A stretch of DNA of 32,000 nucleotides from Candidatus Harpocratesius repetitus (GTDB taxonomy: Archaea; Asgardarchaeota; Lokiarchaeia; Sigyniarchaeales; Promethearchaeaceae). The translations under genes were made by a program, and so were the position numbers. Where the stretch lies: the NCBI GenBank assembly GCA_021498095.1, contig JAIZWK010000001.1, forward strand, positions 1,200,001 through 1,232,000. Reading direction: 5' to 3'. A model generated the notes under the pieces. The model worked only from the letters and a program-made list of their open reading frames with translations, searched no databases and had not been told where the DNA came from. Each line of letters opens with the position of its first letter. Positions within the stretch are counted from its first letter, which is position 1. Below, in pieces: positions 25,614 to 32,000 of this stretch.

Positions 25614-26234
25614 CTATTCTCCCAAATCAACTAAAGGCAAACGCTGGGTTTCAACTTTTTCTTGTGTAATAACCATAATATCCATGGAATTTCCAGCCAT
25701 TGCATCTCTTTTAACTGCGTTGGTCATAACTTTTTTCATCAGTTCGAAACCTTCTTTAACAGTCATTTCTGGTGAATATTCTGCTTCTAAAATACCAACT
25801 GCAAATGTAGCTGATGATCCTGCAACACCATATTCTTCTTCAGATAAGGACCCGATTGCATCCATTGTATAGACTGCTGGACCATGTTCATCAATACCGG
25901 CTACTAATACATTTGTATATAAAGGAGCCATTTTTCTTTGATAAAGGTAATTTGCAACTGTTTTTGCCATGGCTTTAACTGAAATTTTATGACCTTCTCG
26001 AATTTCATAAATATTTGCTTGAGCTAGCATAATTCGGCTTAATGCTTGAAAATCACCAATTAATCCATAACAACTGATCGCAACGCGGCCATCTTTAGTA
26101 ATAGGGAAAATTTTTGCAACATTTTTATTGTTTACAGTATACCCCCAAGTACTTCGTGTATCATTGGCTAAAATTACACCATCAGTGCAACGCAGAGCAA
26201 CAGCACATGCTCCAGGAATCCATATTTGACTCAT
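25614..26234 (-). CDS. psmB: 20S proteasome beta subunit, apparently non-catalytic (Thr1 replaced by Ala)
   Basis: VALRCTDGVILANDTR, KIFPI, GLIGDFQAL, VAGIDEHGP, DAIGS, GSS and RDAMAG motifs; G|TTTVG is replaced by G|ACAVA. Confidence 0.93.
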   Translation of the reverse strand: MSQIWIPGACAVALRCTDGVILANDTRSTWGYTVNNKNVAKIFPITKDGRVAISCYGLIGDFQALSRIMLAQANIYEIREGHKISVKAMAKTVANYLYQRKMAPLYTNVLVAGIDEHGPAVYTMDAIGSLSEEEYGVAGSSATFAVGILEAEYSPEMTVKEGFELMKKVMTNAVKRDAMAGNSMDIMVITQEKVETQRLPLVDLGE

Positions 26235-26373
26235 TTCAATTCAACTCGGGATCGGTAAAAAGTGTGATCTAATAATTAAATGAATAAGTGTTGCCCTTTA
26301 ATTTTTTTGGCTATAAGAAAAAAGAAAATAAGATGATTAAAGAATTGACTGTCATCTTGATAATGATTTTTAC

Positions 26374-27609
26374 TCAAACATTGTCATCAGAAGTAATTGA
26401 TTTTAGATCTTTTCCAAAAAAGATGAAATAAAACGTTCCAATTATACCAAATATACCTGCAGCAATGAAATTGGCTTGAGGTGCCCAATTCCATAAGAAA
26501 GCTGCCGAGAATGCTGCCCCAGAGACAATAATGTCTCGGATTAAGTAATATGTTCCAAAAGTACTGGCTTTTGCATGTTCAGGGGCGAGATCCATAATAA
26601 GTGCCTTTCGGGTGGGTTCTCCAAATTCTTTTAACCCTCTGATGATGAATGCGATAATAAACATCGTAAAAGTATGGGAGAATATTAACACAAATGGAAA
26701 TGCTGTAAAAAACCCAAAGGTTATAGCAATAAAAGGTTTTTTTGAAAACTTATCTGCAAAGAAAGCAACTGGAATATAAATAAGTACGGCTGTTGCCATT
26801 TCTATTGAAGTTAATATTCCAAACTGAACTGGAGTGATTCCATTCATATTTACTGCCCATACAACAACAAATGCATAAGGAATTTGTTCAGCAAATCTAA
26901 TTAAGATGTCTGAAATTAATAAATTACGCAAATAAGGGTTAATATTTCTCAAAGAATCTCTCAAATGTATGGGTTTTTTATTCTCTTTTGTTGGTTCAGG
27001 AATAAGAAACCACTCTACTAAAATGGCAATAAATGCTAAAACTAAAGCAATACTGAAAGCGATCCGGATTCCTAGTTGAATACCAAAAAGCTGAATGAAC
27101 AATCCACCTACAATTGGTCCAATTGCCATTGGTAAACGTCTAACTAATGAATGCATTGATACTCCTAATGTTCTTCTATTTTTAGGAAATATCTTAGAGA
27201 CCATACTCATAACAGAAGGCAGTGAAATTGCAGTCCAAGATATAAAAAAGATTGCACCAATTAGTACCGCCCACCATGTTGCAATGATTATAACTATAGA
27301 ATATCCCAACATAGCCATTAAATTAAAAACAACCATTGCACGTTTGTATCCCAATTTATCACTTAAATAACCTCCAGGAAAAGAATATAATGCAGAGAGT
27401 AAATTGTCCATTCCATTTAGTAAGCTGATACTATATGCACCACCACCTAAAGCAACTAAATAAAGTGGTAAAAACCTTTCTGCCATTTTTTCTCCCATGC
27501 CAATCAAAATGACCATGGTTAGCAGTGCGAATACGCTTGGACTAAAGATATCCTTATTGAATTCTTTAAGATTTTTTTGATAATTTGAATTTTCTTCCAT
27601 ATTTTTCAT
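26374..27609 (-). CDS. Major facilitator superfamily transporter
   Basis: 12 predicted TM helices; GYLSDKLGYKR and FADKFSKK (MFS motif A in both halves). Confidence 0.92.
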   Translation of the reverse strand: MKNMEENSNYQKNLKEFNKDIFSPSVFALLTMVILIGMGEKMAERFLPLYLVALGGGAYSISLLNGMDNLLSALYSFPGGYLSDKLGYKRAMVVFNLMAMLGYSIVIIIATWWAVLIGAIFFISWTAISLPSVMSMVSKIFPKNRRTLGVSMHSLVRRLPMAIGPIVGGLFIQLFGIQLGIRIAFSIALVLAFIAILVEWFLIPEPTKENKKPIHLRDSLRNINPYLRNLLISDILIRFAEQIPYAFVVVWAVNMNGITPVQFGILTSIEMATAVLIYIPVAFFADKFSKKPFIAITFGFFTAFPFVLIFSHTFTMFIIAFIIRGLKEFGEPTRKALIMDLAPEHAKASTFGTYYLIRDIIVSGAAFSAAFLWNWAPQANFIAAGIFGIIGTFYFIFFGKDLKSITSDDNV

Positions 27610-27812
27610 CTTTATGTAAAATTTAATTGATTTTTTCTTTTTAAGTCAATAGTTGCTTATTCAAATATTTATGTTATCACCCTGTTTTTTCATTATAAAT
27701 TTTTTTTTACATTTTTCAAATGTTATTATTACCTCAACAAATTTACTTTTATCAATCATGCTAAATTATATAAAATGTGGATTCATTCACTCATAATCCC
27801 CGAGGTTCTGAT

Positions 27813-28967
27813 ATGTCTGGTATTCATATATTCCAAAAATCTTTTAAATATCTAACAAATCATGTTCGCTACACCATCGAAAATTTGAATCACAGTAAGT
27901 TACTTCGAATTTTTGAAATTTTGATTCAAACCCGGAAAGATCAAGAAAATGGTCAAGCAAAAATGATTATGGTCGATGGTCAAGGTAGGTCCTTGCAAAG
28001 TTTACTCCTTACAGAAGATTGTCTTGAACATAATGGATTTAATATTATTCTTCCAGTTTCTAATGCGAATTTGCGACCATGGCAACCTGGAGATGTATTT
28101 ATTTTTAACACAGGTTCAGGTTCTGGTTCTCCATTAGCTCATGCTAGGGCAGCTAAGAAAATTGGATTACAAGTATTTGGGATGAGTTACAATCCAGAAA
28201 TGGAAAAGGAATTTGAAAATGTTTTGATTTTAAGAAGAAATGAAAATCGAAATAAGCAACTAGCACCATTAGGAACAGAATTTGAGATATCATCTGCTAT
28301 TATTGGTGTATGTTTAGCATATTCTGTAAAAGATACTCCCGAAGAATCATTAATAGAATTCAACAAAAGCACAGAGAAGATCCTAAAACTTTATGATGCT
28401 ACATATGATTATCTGGAAGAAGAAGTAGAATCTATAATGTCCTTTATTAACTTAGTTTCTAAATATATTCCAGCATCTAACAGGAAAAAAGTATATTTCC
28501 TTGGTGTAGGGCGTAATGAGATAATAAATAGGATTGCTGCGATTAGATATGGTCATTTACATAAAGATCCAGATAGTGATCTGACAGTGATTTATGAAGG
28601 ACATTGGGATCTACGACAAAGAGGTGATCTTGCAATCATCTTATCAGGTTCAGGTGCTACTTCTCAGACATTAACATTTGCAAATCAAGCATTTATATCA
28701 GGAATGCATATTTTTGGGGTTACTTCATTTCATGAATCAGATCTAGCCCAATTTACTCGGCGTGTTGATGGATGTTTGGTACTCCCAGGACGAGAAGATT
28801 TTGTATCTATGTACAACCAACCAGTCCATCGTCGTCATAACTACTTTCCTGCTTTTGAATTAAATTGCTATATCACGTTTGATGCGCTATTAGCTCAAAT
28901 TGCATATAATTTTGATATAGCGGAAGTAGATATGAAAGCCAGTCACAGACCTAAAGTACTTGAATAA
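27813..28967 (+). CDS. Tandem double-SIS-domain protein, 6-phospho-3-hexuloisomerase (PHI/HxlB)-like; ATG at 27813 preferred
   Basis: Domain 1: VDGQGRS, PGDVFIFNTGSGSG, LAPLGTEFE. Domain 2: FLGVGR, GDLAIILSGSGAT, FE..FDALL..MKASH..LE. GAGGT RBS before 27813. Confidence 0.8.
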   Translation: MSGIHIFQKSFKYLTNHVRYTIENLNHSKLLRIFEILIQTRKDQENGQAKMIMVDGQGRSLQSLLLTEDCLEHNGFNIILPVSNANLRPWQPGDVFIFNTGSGSGSPLAHARAAKKIGLQVFGMSYNPEMEKEFENVLILRRNENRNKQLAPLGTEFEISSAIIGVCLAYSVKDTPEESLIEFNKSTEKILKLYDATYDYLEEEVESIMSFINLVSKYIPASNRKKVYFLGVGRNEIINRIAAIRYGHLHKDPDSDLTVIYEGHWDLRQRGDLAIILSGSGATSQTLTFANQAFISGMHIFGVTSFHESDLAQFTRRVDGCLVLPGREDFVSMYNQPVHRRHNYFPAFELNCYITFDALLAQIAYNFDIAEVDMKASHRPKVLE

Positions 28968-29063
28968 TCTTTTTCTGATTCGATTTTTCCTGTTTTTTCA
29001 TCTTTTTACAACTTTTTTTTTTGATATTAAGAATTAATAGGAGAGAAAAATAACAATTTTATT

Positions 29064-29849
29064 ATGGTAAAGCAAAAACTATCTGAATTTGAAAGCATCG
29101 GACAAAAATATGCCCAGATACTGAATAAAACTATGAAAATTAAATCAGTGGATGATTTTCTTCTCTATTCTATTGATGAAATTGAATCTCGCACCCAAAT
29201 CGATAGAGAACGAATTAAACAATGGTCGGATTTAATCGATTTGTTTCAAATTCCCAATTTAAATGCACGCGAATGTGAATTACTCTATTATGCAAACATA
29301 AATTCAGTAGAAGAGCTAAGTCGTAGACAATCCTTGCGTATATTCTATAAATTGCGCGAATTAGATACAGAAACACGATTTATTGTCCTTTCATTTCCAA
29401 CATTTGCACAAATCGATGAATGGATTTATTTTGCAAAACATATGAATAAACGCATTAAATATGGCTTAAATATTCCAATTGTATTGTTTCCAATGGTAAA
29501 TCTTGATGTGGCAAGTGAATTCAAAAAATTTAGCATATATACTGCACAACACTTAATTGAAAAGAAAGATCAAATCTCAAAACTGCATAAAAAAGTGCAT
29601 CTTAAGAAGCGAGATTTTCATAAATTATTAGAAATGATTAATTTTATTCAAATTCCTGGAATGGATATCTATTTTGCGAAGGTTTTTTTTGAAGCTGGAA
29701 TCACTTCAATTCAACAACTTAAAACAACTAGTGCATCTGAAATTTATGAACAAGTAAAAGTAATTCAAAAGAAAAATGAGCCAATTTTAGAAGAATTGAC
29801 AGAATCTTTAATAAAGCAATTTCAACAATATGAAGGAGGGTTTGAATAA
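29064..29849 (+). CDS. DUF4332-like protein with repeated helix-hairpin-helix units
   Basis: ESIGQKYAQIL, LFQIPNLNARECELLYYANINSVEEL and FIQIPGMDIYFAKVFFEAGITSIQQL. Confidence 0.8.
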   Translation: MVKQKLSEFESIGQKYAQILNKTMKIKSVDDFLLYSIDEIESRTQIDRERIKQWSDLIDLFQIPNLNARECELLYYANINSVEELSRRQSLRIFYKLRELDTETRFIVLSFPTFAQIDEWIYFAKHMNKRIKYGLNIPIVLFPMVNLDVASEFKKFSIYTAQHLIEKKDQISKLHKKVHLKKRDFHKLLEMINFIQIPGMDIYFAKVFFEAGITSIQQLKTTSASEIYEQVKVIQKKNEPILEELTESLIKQFQQYEGGFE

Positions 29850-32000
29850 TGGAACAGCAAGATCTCATTATTTTAGGTATTTATGCCGTAATTTTCTTGA
29901 TCACCTTTTTAATTGGATTTTTAATGGTAAGGAAAAATCTAGCAGAAATTAATCGAATTGAAAAAGAGAAATTTGATTTAGGCGATTATGGAGCCATGAT
30001 TAGTTTTGGTTTAATGTTTGGTCTATCTCTTCTATTTATCTGCAATTTGATTTTAGAGGTTATTCAACCTGGAGAATATATTGGAATTGCAGGTTATATC
30101 CTTACTACTATGTTAATTATATTGGTTATATATCCTCTTTGGGAAGCTTTCTTTTTAGGAAGACCTACGAGTGATTCTGTTCATGATTTTCATAAATTTC
30201 TTGAATCAAAGATTTTAGATCGCTTTCAAGGAACTATGGCGTATGTAGTTTCATTTATAATTTTCATTGTCATCTATATCGTTCCTATTATCTTAATTTG
30301 GTATTTTTCTTCTATTTCGATTGCTCAAGTTGCATTTATGTGGTTTTTAATCTTTCCTCTGTTTTTCCTTAATTATTTTGCTTCTCAAGGCCAAGTTAGT
30401 GGTATAATTCAAGCTACATATAGGAAAAATATTCCAAAAGAAATTATATCTAGTTCTCATTTAGGTCAAAGCACCATGAAACGAGTTTTAAATATATTTT
30501 TTATTATAATTGCATGGACTCCATTTGTTTTATCCTTTTATAATTTCTTTAATCCAATCTTGAAGGCAATTAATGGTTACACATTTACAGAGAAAGATAA
30601 AATGATGGGTTATCTGTCAATCTTAACTACTGTTCCATTTGGAATTAAAGGATTTTTCCAAAAATTCTGGAATAAAAAAGCGAAGACAAAAATCATTGAT
30701 TATATTTTCGGAGGTTATATTTTTATCTCTCTGGCTGTTAATATGCTATTAAATTTTGTTCAAATAGAAAAAGCAGTTGTTACTAGTATATTTCAAACTA
30801 ATCTTCTTCTTGCACCAATTCAACCAATTTTTGAAAATTATAGTATTCTAGTCCCACTAATTGTAGTTCAATCTTTTATCACCATTGTTTTTGGAACTTA
30901 TACTTTATTGCAAAGAAATTCTGATTTTCACTCCGACATTCGATTGCAAGCTACATCTTTAGCTTATGGTGATTTTGAAATTGCAGAGATTATAAAAGCA
31001 ACTAAATCACGAAAATCTATAAAAAGTAAGAGCGAAAAAGCAATAGAAAAAGAATTGGAAGATCAGAAAAAGAATAGAAAAGGTAAAAAACAGACAAAAA
31101 CTAAAGATAAAAAATCGAAAATCAAGCATGATATTCTCACATTATATAAATCAATTCTACTTCCATCAGTTTATAGTGAACATGGTGTGGATCTTAATGA
31201 ACAGATCCGCTTGAAGGCTGAACAGTATCTTTACTTAATAGCAATTGAGAATCAAGAAGAAGCAGAAAAAATTGTATCATTTTTATTTAAAATGTCACTG
31301 AATTCAGAACAATATCAGAATAACTTAATGAATAGAAATAAGTTTAATAATCGTGAAGCTATAGGACTTCTAGGAGAAATTGGTGCAGAATATCCCAATA
31401 TTGTCTTAGAACGATTAATTAAGGCTCTTTCATATAATGATATTCGAACACAAAGACATATTTTGGATGCTTTAGGTGATATAGGGGAAACAAAGGAGAA
31501 TTTACTCTTGATTCTTGGAAAAATAAGACCACTTCTCGTTGATAAACGCACTGAGGTAAGAACAGCCGCGTTTCAAGCTATTACTGAAATGGTTCTTGAA
31601 GGTCAAAATCAAGATAAAGAATTTGTGGGAGAAATTCTTAGAGTTGTATATGGTATTTTGAATGATGAATTTAGTAATTCAGAAGCCATCGATTCTGCTT
31701 TCGAAGCTCTAGTTCAAATGAGCGCAAAAATTGCAGATGACTTATCTATTGAAAAAATAGTTCCATTTTTAGAATATAATGAAGGAAATGACAAAGATAC
31801 GATAGAATATATAATTCAAAATGCTTTAGTTGTGCTTTCATACATGGTATACTACAATATAGATACATTTCCACTTGAAAAAGTTCGCTCATTTTTGAAA
31901 GATGAACGCTCATTTTTACGATATGTAGCTGCTGATGCTGTGGGAAACTACATTTTAAAAGGACCAGAAGAGGCAAAAGAAGAAATCTTAGTTGATCTAA
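29849..32000 (+). CDS. Large protein with ~9 N-terminal TM helices and C-terminal HEAT repeats; 3'-truncated by the window and absent from the ORF track
   Basis: ATG overlaps the DUF4332 stop (TAATG) with a GGAGG RBS. The frame is open for 717 codons to the window end. HEAT-like units include EAIGLLGEIG..RLIKALSYNDIRTQRHILDALGDIG, LLVDKRTEVRTAAFQAI and FLKDERSFLRYVAADAVG. Confidence 0.88.
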   Translation, partial: MEQQDLIILGIYAVIFLITFLIGFLMVRKNLAEINRIEKEKFDLGDYGAMISFGLMFGLSLLFICNLILEVIQPGEYIGIAGYILTTMLIILVIYPLWEAFFLGRPTSDSVHDFHKFLESKILDRFQGTMAYVVSFIIFIVIYIVPIILIWYFSSISIAQVAFMWFLIFPLFFLNYFASQGQVSGIIQATYRKNIPKEIISSSHLGQSTMKRVLNIFFIIIAWTPFVLSFYNFFNPILKAINGYTFTEKDKMMGYLSILTTVPFGIKGFFQKFWNKKAKTKIIDYIFGGYIFISLAVNMLLNFVQIEKAVVTSIFQTNLLLAPIQPIFENYSILVPLIVVQSFITIVFGTYTLLQRNSDFHSDIRLQATSLAYGDFEIAEIIKATKSRKSIKSKSEKAIEKELEDQKKNRKGKKQTKTKDKKSKIKHDILTLYKSILLPSVYSEHGVDLNEQIRLKAEQYLYLIAIENQEEAEKIVSFLFKMSLNSEQYQNNLMNRNKFNNREAIGLLGEIGAEYPNIVLERLIKALSYNDIRTQRHILDALGDIGETKENLLLILGKIRPLLVDKRTEVRTAAFQAITEMVLEGQNQDKEFVGEILRVVYGILNDEFSNSEAIDSAFEALVQMSAKIADDLSIEKIVPFLEYNEGNDKDTIEYIIQNALVVLSYMVYYNIDTFPLEKVRSFLKDERSFLRYVAADAVGNYILKGPEEAKEEILVDL

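Noticed and set aside
693-28372. Short ORFs in the track that overlap long genes (e.g. 693-887, 850-1047, 1808-2125, 3075-3314, 3280-3483, 4993-5262, 6019-6210, 10573-10782, 11227-11415, 12216-12404, 13246-13428, 14399-14635, 15645-16058, 17387-17698, 23983-24171, 24473-24811, 25684-25872, 27095-27370, 28187-28372)
   Set aside because: Antisense or alternative-frame shadows of well-supported genes, with no motifs of their own.
31315-31976. Minus-strand ORFs 31315-31551 and 31746-31976
   Set aside because: They lie antisense to the long TM-HEAT reading frame.
1-32000. CRISPR arrays, tRNA/rRNA genes, integrase or transposase genes
   Set aside because: No regularly spaced repeats, no GC-rich cloverleaf or rRNA-like segment, and no DDE or tyrosine-recombinase motifs were seen.

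Overview
AT-rich archaeal genomic window, most likely from an Asgard archaeon of the Lokiarchaeia. This is an inference from the gene repertoire, BRE/TATA promoters, an IPGY-type C-terminal sorting signal, a proteasome beta subunit and HEAT-repeat membrane proteins. From left to right it holds: the 3' end of a phosphofructokinase; a divergent Zn-type ABC transporter locus with a DtxR-family regulator; an internally duplicated membrane protein; a gcvT-H-PA-PB glycine cleavage cluster; an M42 peptidase; a minus-strand run (aminotransferase, small Cys protein, B12/radical-SAM protein, two large unknown proteins); an accessory, defence-like island (~18.5-24.4 kb); a zinc-ribbon protein; a proteasome beta subunit lacking the catalytic Thr; an MFS transporter; a tandem SIS/PHI protein; a DUF4332-like protein; and a coupled multi-TM + HEAT-repeat protein that runs off the window and is missing from the ORF track. 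The strongest candidate for a new system is the island. It encodes a SIR2-like NADase fused to a U1C/matrin-type C2H2 zinc finger, preceded by an 11-bp-periodic operator array. This gene converges on a two-gene operon of an acidic-loop protein and a PD-(D/E)XK nuclease. A ~330-bp diverged non-coding repeat occurs twice, at 181-510 and at the island's left flank (19049-19380). All alignments and motif calls were made by eye; no database searches were run.
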